Below are positions 1 to 9,095 of a DNA stretch of 64,000 nucleotides, piece by piece (position 1 is the first letter of the stretch; each line of letters begins with the position of its first letter). The position numbers and the translations under genes are program-made. Location: contig CAYHBZ010000002.1 of the NCBI GenBank assembly GCA_964355175.1, positions 119,189 through 183,188 on the forward strand, in the 5' to 3' direction. The notes under the pieces are model-generated. The model searched no databases and was not told the DNA's origin. It saw only the letters and a program-made list of their open reading frames with translations. The stretch comes from an uncultured Gammaproteobacteria bacterium. GTDB taxonomy: Bacteria; Patescibacteriota; Patescibacteriia; Magasanikbacterales; GWA2-37-8.

Positions 1-66
1 TGGTAAGAATGTTACCCCGTGACGGCGTATTACATTTACTATATGTTCATAACTTTTTGTTTTCAT
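1..66 (-). CDS. 5' end of a gene running off the window edge (MKTKSYEHIVNVIRRHGVTFLP...), possibly a PH-domain membrane protein
   Basis: ATG at 66-64 on the minus strand, open to position 1, just downstream of ORF 86-355; the 'IRRH' motif resembles CPR bPH-domain membrane proteins (recall, weak). Confidence 0.45.
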   Translation of the reverse strand, partial: MKTKSYEHIVNVIRRHGVTFLP

Positions 67-85
67 TATAGATTTGGCAACCATA

Positions 86-355
86 TTAAAAATTGTTTAA
101 GGTTAAAGTATCGGAAATCCAAGAGCTGTTCCAAATAGTAATAAGTTGTTGCCAATCGGTGCCGATGAGTAAATTAAAAGTCAGAACAAAATTTCCAATC
201 ACAAAAAGCGCTACAAAGAGGGTAAAAACAAAGCTGGTAAAAGTGAGCATCCCGCTGTGATAAATGTGGCCAACATTGATGAAAGAAAAAATGGCGAATA
301 CCGCCAAGAAGGCGAAGTAAATGAAGAGTATTATGTACAACGGGATTGTGATCAT
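86..355 (-). CDS. small hypothetical membrane protein (2 TM)
   Basis: 89 aa, two long hydrophobic stretches, co-oriented downstream of ruvB. Confidence 0.7.
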   Translation of the reverse strand: MITIPLYIILFIYFAFLAVFAIFSFINVGHIYHSGMLTFTSFVFTLFVALFVIGNFVLTFNLLIGTDWQQLITIWNSSWISDTLTLNNF

Positions 356-396
356 AAAATATTATAAGTATTAATACTACCTCTACGCCCCTCCAG

Positions 397-1416
397 CTAT
401 AGTAAAGTCTGAATTTTAGGAGCCTCAAAACCTAGATGGACATACGCCGCCGGCGTGGCTTTGCGTCCACGCGGTGTGCGTTCTAGGAATCCAATTTGTA
501 ATAAGAATGGTTCATAGATATCTTCGATCGTATCCATTTCTTCGGCTATTGAAGCGGCCAAAGTATTAAGCCCCACTGGTCCGCCCTGGAATTTTTCTAT
601 CATGGTGGTGAGCAAGCGGCGATCGATTTCATCCAAGCCAAATTCATCTACCGCCAACATATTCATCGTGTCAGAAGCGATTTTTTTATTTATACTTTTT
701 TCATTTTGTACTTGCGCCATATCGCGGCTGCGTTTGAGGAGGCGGTTGGCGATACGAGGGGTGCGGCGCGCGCGACTGGATAGGAGAGTGGCGGCTTCTG
801 GTTCTAAATTTATTTCCAATATGCCGGCATTGCGTTGGATTATTTTTTCAATATCTTCTTGTTCATAAAAATTTAGATGAAAGACATGACCAAAGCGATC
901 GCGCAGTGGTCCGGGTAGTAGGCTCATCTTGGTAGTAGCGCCAATTAGGGTAAATTTTTCCAAAGGCATGCGAATAGTGCGGGCGGCTGGGCCTTGGCCG
1001 ATGATAATATCCAGAGCGTAGTCTTCCAGAGCCGGATATAGTACTTCGGCAATGGTTTTGTTGATACGGTGAATTTCGTCGATAAATAAAACATCACCTT
1101 TTTGAAGGTTGGATAATATGGCGGCCAGGTCGCCTACTTTTTCTAGAGTTGGACCGGAGGTCACTTTGATATTGGCGCCCATTTCGCGACTAATAATATG
1201 AGCTAGCGTCGTCTTGCCCAACCCTGGGTTACCATATAATAGTATATGTTCTAGCACATCTTCACGCTGTTTGGCGGCGGCAATAGAAACATTTAGGTTT
1301 TGTTTGATATTGGCTTGGCCGACAAAATCACCCAAATGGCTAGGCCGTAGAGTCATCTCAATAATATTTTCTTGCTCGGATACTTCTGAATTTACCAGTC
1401 TATTTTCTTCATCCAT
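397..1416 (-). CDS. ruvB: Holliday junction branch migration helicase RuvB
   Basis: LRP..L.DFVGQ N-terminus, Walker A GNPGLGKTTLA, Walker B LFIDEIHR, LIGATT, RTPRIANRLL, YEPFLLQ.GF..RTPRGR. Confidence 0.98.
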   Translation of the reverse strand: MDEENRLVNSEVSEQENIIEMTLRPSHLGDFVGQANIKQNLNVSIAAAKQREDVLEHILLYGNPGLGKTTLAHIISREMGANIKVTSGPTLEKVGDLAAILSNLQKGDVLFIDEIHRINKTIAEVLYPALEDYALDIIIGQGPAARTIRMPLEKFTLIGATTKMSLLPGPLRDRFGHVFHLNFYEQEDIEKIIQRNAGILEINLEPEAATLLSSRARRTPRIANRLLKRSRDMAQVQNEKSINKKIASDTMNMLAVDEFGLDEIDRRLLTTMIEKFQGGPVGLNTLAASIAEEMDTIEDIYEPFLLQIGFLERTPRGRKATPAAYVHLGFEAPKIQTLL

Positions 1417-1479
1417 AGTGTTAACATTATACTATAGTAAGGTTGTGAAAGTCCAATAGTTGGCAGGGTATTTTTTGAG

Positions 1480-1488
1480 TGTGGATAA
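1480..1488 (-). promoter_or_regulatory. DnaA box upstream of the nrdJ promoter
   Basis: TGTGGATAA is the reverse complement of the consensus TTATCCACA, about 40 bp upstream of the -35. Confidence 0.5.
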
Positions 1489-1527
1489 CTTGTTCAAAAA
1501 CTGTTTTTAACTTGGGTTTTGGGCTAT

Positions 1528-1556
1528 TTGGCAGTCATTTGACGATGTGGTATAAT
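1528..1556 (+). promoter_or_regulatory. sigma70 promoter of nrdJ
   Basis: TTGGCA-17 bp-TATAAT with extended TG. Confidence 0.75.
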
Positions 1557-1575
1557 AAGTTGGCTAAAATAATTA

Positions 1576-1623
1576 TTACTACATATTGTGTTAGACATGA
1601 TATACTAACACAATCAGTAGTGA
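1576..1623 (+). promoter_or_regulatory. tandem NrdR boxes
   Basis: TTACTACATATTGTGT (1576-1591) and ACACAATCAGTAGTGA (1608-1623) match acaCwAtATaTwGtgt, are 32 bp apart start-to-start, and lie just downstream of the RNR promoter. Confidence 0.8.
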
Positions 1624-1700
1624 TAAGTATCAGCCACAAAGAAATTAGATGCGGGTGGAATTTTGTGTCTTTCCACATTTAATTTTTTTAAACTTTTAAT

Positions 1701-4700
1701 ATGCAGACTGCTACTGCAACCAAGACTTTTAAAGTCGACGACGAGTTCAAGTACTCTCCAAAGGGATTACGCTTTCCCCGACATTATACCAAAGATGGCG
1801 TCAGCCCTTTTGATATGTTTACTTATGAGCTGCGCTCTTCAATAATTCGTCAAACAAGCGGACAAGTAATCTTTGAAATGCACGATGTGGAAGTTCCAAA
1901 GCAGTGGACTCAAGTAGCTACTGATATTTTGGCTCAGAAATATTTCCGCAAAGCCGGTGTACCTCAGTATGATGAAAATGGTGTGGCCAAAATGAAAGCT
2001 GACGGTACAGTAGAAACAGGTCCAGAAAAAAGTATGAAGCAGGTAGCGCATCGCTTGGCTGGTACTTGGCGCTATTGGGGAGAAAGATATGGTTATTTTG
2101 CCACCGCTTTGGATGCCCAGGTATTTTATGAAGAATTGGTCTACATGCTTATCAATCAAATGGTAGCTCCAAATTCTCCGCAGTGGTTTAATACTGGTTT
2201 GTATTGGGCTTATGGTATTAATGGTCCAGCTCAAGGTCATCACTATGTAGATCCAGACAATGGTATTCTTACTCGTTCCAAAGATTCTTATTCTCATCCT
2301 CAACCACACGCTTGTTTTATCCAATCTATTAAAGATGATTTGGTAAACGAAGGCGGTATTATGGATCTATGGGTGCGCGAAGCTCGCCTTTTTAAATATG
2401 GCAGTGGTACTGGTACTAATTTTTCTAATCTACGCGGTAACGGAGAAAAACTTTCTGGTGGTGGACGCAGTAGTGGTCTGATGAGCTGGCTCAAAATTGG
2501 AGACAGAGCCGCTGGTGCTATCAAGTCCGGTGGTACGACTCGTCGCGCTGCGAAAATGGTAATTTTAAATGTAGATCATCCAGATATCGAAGCCTTTATT
2601 GATTGGAAAGTAAAAGAAGAAGAAAAGGTAGCCGCTCTGATTGCGGCCGGATACGAAGGCGGATATGAAGGTGAAGCCTATCTCACCGTTTCTGGTCAAA
2701 ACTCGAACAATTCCGTGCGTGTTTCCCAAGACTTCATGGAAGCAGTAGTAAAAGACAATGGTTGGGAATTAAAAAATCGCACCGATGGTGGTGTGGCCAA
2801 AAAAATGAAAGCTCGTGATCTTTGGGATAAAATCGCGGTGGCCGCTTGGCGCTGTGCTGATCCGGGTGTGCAATTTGATACGAATGTAAATGACTGGCAC
2901 ACTTGTCCAGCTTCTGGTCGTATCAATGGCAGCAATCCTTGCAGTGAATATATGTTCCTCGATGATACTGCTTGTAATTTGGCGTCCATGAACTTGGCTC
3001 ATTATTATGATCCAGAAACTGCCACTTTTGATGTGGAAGGTTATAAATATACTACTCGCGCTTGGACTGTAGTACTTGAGCTTAGTGTATTGATGGCTCA
3101 ATTCCCAAGTGAAGAGATTGCTCAGATGAGTTTTGAATTCCGTACTCTTGGTTTGGGCTATGCTAATATTGGTAGCTTGCTAATGACCGCCGGTATTCCT
3201 TATGATTCGCCAGAGGCTTTGGCTTTTGCCGGTACTGTCACCGCTCTCATGACTGCTCAGTCTTATGAAACTTCCGCTGAGATGGCTAGCTACTTGGGTA
3301 CCTTTCTACGCTACGGAGAAAACCGCGAACACATGTTGCGTGTAATGCGCAACCACCGTCGCGCCGCTTTCAACGCCCATGAAGATGAATATGAAAGTCT
3401 GGCTATCAAACCAGTCGGTATTGATCCGCAGTATGCTCCGGCTTATTTGCTCGTAGCCGCTCGTGAAGCTTGGAATAAAGCCCTAGAGATGGGTGAAAAA
3501 TATGGTTACCGCAATGCTCAGACTACCTTGCTCGCTCCTACCGGTACTATTGGTCTGCTTATGGACTGTGCTACTACCGGTGTAGAACCAGATTTCGCTT
3601 TGGTGAAATTCAAAAAATTAGCTGGTGGCGGATATTTCAAAATTGTAAATGAAGCGGTGCCGGTGGCTCTAAAAACTTTGGGATATAATGAAAGTGAAGT
3701 AAGTGATATCGTAGATTACCTCAAAGGCCGTGCTACTCTCAAAGGTGCACCCGCAATTAATCCTCAGAGTTTGACTGCCAAAGGATTGACCGCGATTGAT
3801 TTGGAAAAAATTGAAAAATCATTGCTCAGCGCGTTTGAATTACAATTCGTATTCAACAACTGGACTTTGGGCGAAGAAACCATGGCTCGTCTTGGATTTA
3901 GCAGTGAGCAATATTTGGACCCAAATTTCAACTTCCTCAAAGCGATTGGTTTTAATGATGATGAACTCGAAATTGCTAATGAGTATGTTTGTGGCGCGAT
4001 GGCCATCGAAGGTGCTCCACATCTCAAGACCGAACATTACAAAGTATTTGATACCGCCAACAAAAATGGTAAAAAAGGCAAACGCTTTATTCACTATTTG
4101 GGCCACATCCGTATGATGGCCGCGGTACAACCTTTCTTGTCCGGTGCTATCAGTAAGACTATCAACATGCCAAATGAGGCCACTGTGGAAGATGTAAAAA
4201 TTGCTTATATGGCTTCCTGGAAATTGGCTCTCAAAGCTAATGCAATTTATCGCGATGGCTGTAAGATGTCTCAACCTTTGGCTTCTAAATCTGATTCTAA
4301 AAAAGATAAAGTAGAAGAAGTAAAAGTTGAAATGGTAGAAACAAAAACTGAAGTAATGAATGAAATCAAAACTTCTGAATCTACTGTTTCTGCTCACAAA
4401 ACTTTTTCACTTTCCAGTCAGGATCAGAGTGTGGTAAATCAGATGGTAAGTGAAGATCATGCTCAAATAAAATACGCACATGATGGCTCTAGCCAAGGAA
4501 CAAAAATTTATGTGCACGGAGAACAGCGTCAGATGCCGTACAAACGTAGCGGTCTCACTATCAAAGCCAAAGTAGCCGGACAGAAAATTTTCTTGCGCAC
4601 TGGTGAATATCCAGATGGCCGCCTCGGTGAAGTATTTATTGATATGTATCGTGAAGGCGCGGCTTTCCGTAGTATGCTAAATTTGTTTGCAATTTCTATT

Positions 4701-5204
4701 TCAACTGGTTTGCAATACGGTATACCGCTCGAAGAATATGTCGACAAATTTACTTTCACTCGCTTTGAACCAGCCGGCATGACCGATCATCCAAATGTTC
4801 GTTCTTGTACCTCTATTATTGATTTCATCTTCCGCGTACTTGGTATGGAATATTTGGGACGCACTGATTTTGTCCAAGTCAAACCAGATGGTATTCAAAA
4901 AAATCGCGCGCAGCAATTGGAAAAATTGTTTGCTGAAGCCAGAGGACAAAAAACTTTGACCTTTGATGATAATAAAATGGAAACTCAGATTGCTCAAGTT
5001 ACTGAAGTGGATGAAATTGTCACCAAGACAACCACAATAAAAAATACTGTTTCCACCGCCAATGCCGAAACTAGTGGAGCGGAAAAAATGTTGTCGTCGA
5101 TGATGGGCGACGCGCCACCATGTCCGACTTGTGGACATATCACCATTCGCAACGGTAGCTGCTATAAATGTCTGAATTGCGGTAGCACCACCGGTTGCTC
5201 TTAA
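1701..5204 (+). CDS. nrdJ: adenosylcobalamin-dependent (class II) ribonucleotide reductase with C-terminal TSCPD domain and Zn ribbon
   Basis: PNSPQWFN, PQPHACFI, GSGTGTNFS, SNPCSEY (radical Cys), APTGTIGL, GAISKTINMP, C-terminal CPTCG...CYKCLNCG.TTGCS. Confidence 0.96.
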   Translation: MQTATATKTFKVDDEFKYSPKGLRFPRHYTKDGVSPFDMFTYELRSSIIRQTSGQVIFEMHDVEVPKQWTQVATDILAQKYFRKAGVPQYDENGVAKMKADGTVETGPEKSMKQVAHRLAGTWRYWGERYGYFATALDAQVFYEELVYMLINQMVAPNSPQWFNTGLYWAYGINGPAQGHHYVDPDNGILTRSKDSYSHPQPHACFIQSIKDDLVNEGGIMDLWVREARLFKYGSGTGTNFSNLRGNGEKLSGGGRSSGLMSWLKIGDRAAGAIKSGGTTRRAAKMVILNVDHPDIEAFIDWKVKEEEKVAALIAAGYEGGYEGEAYLTVSGQNSNNSVRVSQDFMEAVVKDNGWELKNRTDGGVAKKMKARDLWDKIAVAAWRCADPGVQFDTNVNDWHTCPASGRINGSNPCSEYMFLDDTACNLASMNLAHYYDPETATFDVEGYKYTTRAWTVVLELSVLMAQFPSEEIAQMSFEFRTLGLGYANIGSLLMTAGIPYDSPEALAFAGTVTALMTAQSYETSAEMASYLGTFLRYGENREHMLRVMRNHRRAAFNAHEDEYESLAIKPVGIDPQYAPAYLLVAAREAWNKALEMGEKYGYRNAQTTLLAPTGTIGLLMDCATTGVEPDFALVKFKKLAGGGYFKIVNEAVPVALKTLGYNESEVSDIVDYLKGRATLKGAPAINPQSLTAKGLTAIDLEKIEKSLLSAFELQFVFNNWTLGEETMARLGFSSEQYLDPNFNFLKAIGFNDDELEIANEYVCGAMAIEGAPHLKTEHYKVFDTANKNGKKGKRFIHYLGHIRMMAAVQPFLSGAISKTINMPNEATVEDVKIAYMASWKLALKANAIYRDGCKMSQPLASKSDSKKDKVEEVKVEMVETKTEVMNEIKTSESTVSAHKTFSLSSQDQSVVNQMVSEDHAQIKYAHDGSSQGTKIYVHGEQRQMPYKRSGLTIKAKVAGQKIFLRTGEYPDGRLGEVFIDMYREGAAFRSMLNLFAISISTGLQYGIPLEEYVDKFTFTRFEPAGMTDHPNVRSCTSIIDFIFRVLGMEYLGRTDFVQVKPDGIQKNRAQQLEKLFAEARGQKTLTFDDNKMETQIAQVTEVDEIVTKTTTIKNTVSTANAETSGAEKMLSSMMGDAPPCPTCGHITIRNGSCYKCLNCGSTTGCS

Positions 5205-5229
5205 ACTCACGGAAAAACGCTTGTAGTGG

Positions 5230-5260
5230 ATCCCCCGACTAAGTCGGGGGATTTTGTTTT
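5230..5260 (+). terminator. intrinsic terminator built on the CCCGAC-N-GTCGGG repeat
   Basis: ATCCCCCGACT-AAGTCGGGGGAT hairpin followed by a T-rich tract. Confidence 0.75.
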
Positions 5261-5314
5261 AGAATTTGCTTTCGTAAACTATTTTTGTTAAGATGAAAAT
5301 CTATACTAAAATCT

Positions 5315-5854
5315 ATGACTAAAATTTATACAAAAACCGGAGATAAAGGCGAAACCTCATTGCTGGGCGGTGTGCGCGTCAGTAAAGATTGTATTACCTT
5401 ACGAGTGGTCGGAGAAGTAGATGAGCTCAACTCGGTGCTTGGCCAAGTGGTTGCTCATTTATATGGTGAAGAACCAGCCGAATTTTTGGAAAAAATTCAG
5501 AGTGATTTGTTTAAAGTGGGAGCGGAGTTGGCATCTTTGCAGATGGTCATGAATTCAAAAATTTTAAAAGTAGAAGAGGAAGAAATAATAGAATTGGAAA
5601 AAACTATTGATGAATATACCGAGCAGTTGCCGGAATTAAAGAATTTTATTTTACCAGGCGGTATTATTGCCGGCGCTACACTGCACCACGCCCGCACTAT
5701 TTGTCGCAAAGCGGAGCGTGAGTTGGTTTCTTTGGGAAAAGAGCAGTCGGTGCGCGTTGAGCTGTATCAGTATTTCAATAGGTTGAGCGATTATTTATTT
5801 ACTGCGGCGCGATTTGTAAATGCCCAAAATGGCGTGGAAGAAACAATTGTTTAG
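5315..5854 (+). CDS. pduO: PduO-type cob(I)alamin adenosyltransferase
   Basis: KIYTKTGDKGETSL, GEVDELNS, FILPGG, ARTICRKAER, YFNRLSDYLF. Confidence 0.95.
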   Translation: MTKIYTKTGDKGETSLLGGVRVSKDCITLRVVGEVDELNSVLGQVVAHLYGEEPAEFLEKIQSDLFKVGAELASLQMVMNSKILKVEEEEIIELEKTIDEYTEQLPELKNFILPGGIIAGATLHHARTICRKAERELVSLGKEQSVRVELYQYFNRLSDYLFTAARFVNAQNGVEETIV

Positions 5855-5870
5855 TAGAAATTATTCACAC

Positions 5871-5899
5871 TTGACAGGGAGCATTTTAGCTTCTACAAT
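5871..5899 (+). promoter_or_regulatory. sigma70 promoter driving the rod RNA and tRNA-Leu
   Basis: TTGACA-17 bp-TACAAT. Confidence 0.8.
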
Positions 5900-5910
5900 G
5901 ACAATACTTT

Positions 5911-6070
5911 TTTCTCTACAAAGCTGCGGTAGAACTGATGTATTAATCGGATCGGATTCTGAAAGCATTCTCTCTCTGGCTACTTTATGATTCGTTATCT
6001 AGTAGTCGCGTTTTCTAGATTTGATTCGCCAATTGAAACATGCAATTCTTCTCGCAGCTTTGTGGAGAAA
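5911..6070 (+). ncRNA. candidate structured rod-shaped ncRNA upstream of tRNA-Leu
   Basis: TTTCTCTACAAAGCTGCG pairs with CGCAGCTTTGTGGAGAAA; inner helices have G-U pairs that work only on the + strand; apical UUCG loop. Confidence 0.55.
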
Positions 6071-6074
6071 ATTT

Positions 6075-6155
6075 GCTCGGGTGGTGTAATGGTAGCCACA
6101 AGGGACTTAAAATCCCTCGCCGAAAGGCATGCGGGTTCGAGTCCCGCCCCGAGCA
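6075..6155 (+). tRNA. tRNA-Leu (TAA)
   Basis: GCTCGGG/CCCGAGC acceptor stem, AGGGA-CTTAAAA-TCCCT anticodon arm, long variable arm, GGTTCGAGTCC T arm; CCA not encoded. Confidence 0.96.
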
Positions 6156-6162
6156 CAAGAGT

Positions 6163-6194
6163 AAAGTCACTTTAAAAAGTGACTTTTTTATTTT
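6163..6194 (+). terminator. intrinsic terminator after tRNA-Leu
   Basis: AAAGTCACTT-TAAA-AAGTGACTTT plus T tract. Confidence 0.75.
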
Positions 6195-6228
6195 AGGTTA
6201 AAGCCGCAGTAGCCACCATTATCAGCTA

Positions 6229-6283
6229 TTTACAAATTTTTGAATTAGGAGTATACTTAAACAAGTATTTAATTAAACAAGTA
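6229..6283 (+). promoter_or_regulatory. promoter and probable ArsR operator
   Basis: TTTACA-17 bp-TATACT overlapped by palindromic ATACTT-AAAC-AAGTAT and a direct repeat of TTAAACAAGTA. Confidence 0.55.
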
Positions 6284-6300
6284 ATAAATTAATATAACTT

Positions 6301-6636
6301 ATGCTCAGTGAGAAAGAAATTCAAAAGAACCTCAAAATTCTCAATGATACCGATAAAAGTATGGCGGCGACATTTAAGGTGTTAAGCGATGTTAATCGTT
6401 ATCGAATTTTCCGTATCTTGGTAGAACAGCCAAGACTCTCTGTTAGTACTATTGCTCAGATTTTGAACATCTCTCTACCGCTAGCCTCACAGCATCTAAA
6501 AATTTTAGTACAGGCAAATCTTCTACAAAAGGTAAAAGATGGTAAAAAAGTTTTCCCTATAATTGAGCAAAGCAATCCTTTTGTTCCAGCCATTCTCAAG
6601 ACAATCAAACACGCGTATAAAATGCGAGTTAAATAA
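6301..6636 (+). CDS. ArsR/SmtB family transcriptional regulator
   Basis: FKVLSD.NRYRIFRIL...LSVSTIAQILNISLPLASQHLKILVQANLL...KDGKKVF winged HTH. Confidence 0.9.
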   Translation: MLSEKEIQKNLKILNDTDKSMAATFKVLSDVNRYRIFRILVEQPRLSVSTIAQILNISLPLASQHLKILVQANLLQKVKDGKKVFPIIEQSNPFVPAILKTIKHAYKMRVK

Positions 6637-6651
6637 AAATTAATAAAATAG

Positions 6652-7143
6652 ATGAAAAAAATAATTGTACCAGTAGTTATATCAGCGTTGGTAGTTTTTT
6701 TGATAGGTTATTTTCTATGGACAGCTGCTCCACGCCAAGTAGCAGTGCAAAATCCGGTCAAACAGCCATCGTCACAACCGATTCAAAATATTTATAAAAA
6801 TGAAACGCATAATTTTTCATTAATTTTTCCTCAAACATGGGATAATTATAATGTTGTTGAACAAACAAACGATGATTTTGATACTGTTTGCTTTAGTTTT
6901 AAACAGCCACAGCCGTTTTGTATATTTAGTATACTTAAATTAAACAACAATCAATGGGAACAAACAAAACTAAAACAAGAAAAAAATATTATATTAAAAA
7001 CTGAAACGTCTGTTTTTCTTTGTGATGGATGTTGCAAACAAAGTGATGATATGTCTGGCGGTGGTCAATTTAATGATTTTCATACCAAGAGATGTGGTGA
7101 GGCACCAGAGATTCTTGAAACATTTAAAATTATAAGTAGTTAG
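6652..7143 (+). CDS. membrane-anchored hypothetical protein (PsbP-like extracellular domain)
   Basis: N-terminal TM, then 'YKNETHNFSLIFPQTW' motif and 'ILETFKI' end typical of PsbP-like CPR surface proteins. Confidence 0.7.
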   Translation: MKKIIVPVVISALVVFLIGYFLWTAAPRQVAVQNPVKQPSSQPIQNIYKNETHNFSLIFPQTWDNYNVVEQTNDDFDTVCFSFKQPQPFCIFSILKLNNNQWEQTKLKQEKNIILKTETSVFLCDGCCKQSDDMSGGGQFNDFHTKRCGEAPEILETFKIISS

Positions 7144-7179
7144 TTGAGTAGCGCCGCATTTTATTTATTCTAAATTTAT

Positions 7180-8439
7180 ATGAAAAAAAATCTTATATTT
7201 GGCGTTATTGCAGTCGCTATCACTATTTTATTGGCTTATAGCATTCGGTTGGCTGTGCAAAAGAAAACAACTTCTCCGGCGCTAGCATCGCAGCAGTCAG
7301 CTCAGCCGATCGATTGTATTGATGAACCAGAAGGAAAACCGGTGATTACTTCGCTATCTGTTACTTCTAGCAAACAGGGGACAAACATAGAAATATTTGG
7401 TTGTAATTTTTCTGGATTTGAAGGAGATAAAAAAGCATGGATCGAAAATGAGAAAGGAATAAAAGGAATTTTCTTTGTTTATGATGGGTCAACTTCAAAG
7501 CATTTAAGAGTTACATTAGAAGAAAAACTTTGTCAGATTGATACGATGTATTCAGGCCTACCTTGTGATACTTGGCTTACCCTTGTTCCGGGAGTATATA
7601 AAATATTTGTGGATTCTTGGGGAAAAGCGAGTAATAAAATTGAATTTACCGTTGATCAATTAGTAAAAAAAAGCACTCCTATTACTTATTATATTCTCGA
7701 TAAAACAAATACTAATCAGACTTTTTGTAATGGAGCTGATATGGACAGCGTTGGTTTTAAGGCTGCTTTAACTAAAAAAATTGATATAAATGTTCCTGAT
7801 AATTTAACAACTGAAGAAAAAATTATCAAAACCCTCAGTTTGGCCGCCGCCGCGAATTCTTTTAATAAACCTTATACTCGTATTGAAGAAATTTCTTATA
7901 AAAATAATATTGTCTACATGGGGCCAAACGAAGGGTGGGCAGGTTCATCTATTTTTTATTGTGCTTGGAAGCCGTTTGTAGAAAAGAATTTGGAACAGTT
8001 TGTAGATGTAAAAGAAATTGTTTGGGATGCTTTTCCCGCGGTTTTACCCAAAAAAACAGTAAAAATATTTTTTAATAACACAAAATTTGATCCAGGTTTA
8101 ACAGATTGCTCTAAAGTATATTCGGTGAATCGTTTTATCGAGCCTACTTCGGCAGTAGCGCGCGCGGCCCTAGAAGAATTGTTCAAAGGGCCGACAGCTA
8201 ATGAAAAAAAAGTTGGTTACCTTAGTAATTTAAATAGTGGGGTAAAAATTCAAAAACTAACCATTGAAAATGGGATTGCCAAAGTGGATTTTTCCGCGGA
8301 ATTAGAAAAAAATGTAGGAGGATCTTGTCGGGTTGCGGCTATAGTTGCTCAAATTAAGGAAACTTTAAAACAATTTCCCACTGTTCAAGATGTTGTAATT
8401 TCAATCGACGGTCGCATTGAAGATATTTTACAACCGTAA
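7180..8439 (+). CDS. membrane-anchored GerMN (Germane) domain protein with N-terminal Ig-like domain
   Basis: AALEELFKGPT..EK..GY, AKVDFS.EL...VGGSCRVAAI.AQIKETLKQFPTV.DVVISIDG; PVITSLS Ig-like start. Confidence 0.85.
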   Translation: MKKNLIFGVIAVAITILLAYSIRLAVQKKTTSPALASQQSAQPIDCIDEPEGKPVITSLSVTSSKQGTNIEIFGCNFSGFEGDKKAWIENEKGIKGIFFVYDGSTSKHLRVTLEEKLCQIDTMYSGLPCDTWLTLVPGVYKIFVDSWGKASNKIEFTVDQLVKKSTPITYYILDKTNTNQTFCNGADMDSVGFKAALTKKIDINVPDNLTTEEKIIKTLSLAAAANSFNKPYTRIEEISYKNNIVYMGPNEGWAGSSIFYCAWKPFVEKNLEQFVDVKEIVWDAFPAVLPKKTVKIFFNNTKFDPGLTDCSKVYSVNRFIEPTSAVARAALEELFKGPTANEKKVGYLSNLNSGVKIQKLTIENGIAKVDFSAELEKNVGGSCRVAAIVAQIKETLKQFPTVQDVVISIDGRIEDILQP

Positions 8440-8454
8440 TAAAAATAAAAAAGT

Positions 8455-9081
8455 ATGAATATCTTTAAAACCTTGAAAATTTTTGGTGTTATATTAGTAT
8501 TGATAATTTTATCCGGTGGAGCATCTTTCGTGTTTTCAAGTGATTTAAAAGATGATAGTGAGAGCTGTGTGCCTGTATTATATGCAGAACAAGATGCGGG
8601 AGGGAACAGCGCTTATTTGGCAAACGGTGTTGTGTCTTTGAATATTGGTCAATTTTTGGATGACACTTTGGGCTCAGGAAAAAAAAGGAAAAAGGTATCT
8701 CAATTTCAGCTAAATGGGCCTTGGAATAGTTGTGATATTTTAAAGGAAGTAACTGTGCATCATCTTGGGACAGGCGCTATTTCCGATATTGATAAAATAT
8801 ATATTACGGATGAGTCAATGAATATTCTCACTCCAATTCAAAATTTTTACGGTAATAGATCGGTCAAGCTGGTTCTAAAATCTCCGTATGTTATTGCGAA
8901 AAATTCATACAATAATTTTTTTGTTGTTATAAATACGGCAACGCAGTCGTCCACAGGCACACATCAGATCGCTATTTATCCTGACAATAATGGAGCGAGT
9001 GATTTTGTCCTTAGTTCAGTAGGACATATAGTGGCTGGAGCAGAAAATGTTATTTCCACTTCGTTTACCATCATTCCTTAA
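8455..9081 (+). CDS. secreted/anchored hypothetical beta-rich protein
   Basis: N-terminal signal/TM, 208 aa, operonic spacing. Confidence 0.7.
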   Translation: MNIFKTLKIFGVILVLIILSGGASFVFSSDLKDDSESCVPVLYAEQDAGGNSAYLANGVVSLNIGQFLDDTLGSGKKRKKVSQFQLNGPWNSCDILKEVTVHHLGTGAISDIDKIYITDESMNILTPIQNFYGNRSVKLVLKSPYVIAKNSYNNFFVVINTATQSSTGTHQIAIYPDNNGASDFVLSSVGHIVAGAENVISTSFTIIP

Positions 9082-9095
9082 AATATTAAGTATCT

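Noticed and set aside
1557-1700. Cobalamin riboswitch before nrdJ
   Set aside because: No B12-box or GGGAA..GCCCCC-type motifs; the leader is explained by NrdR boxes.
1701-5204. Intein or intron in nrdJ (a common host gene)
   Set aside because: Continuous ORF with no C/S...HN splice motifs or LAGLIDADG blocks; the extra length is a low-complexity linker and the TSCPD domain.
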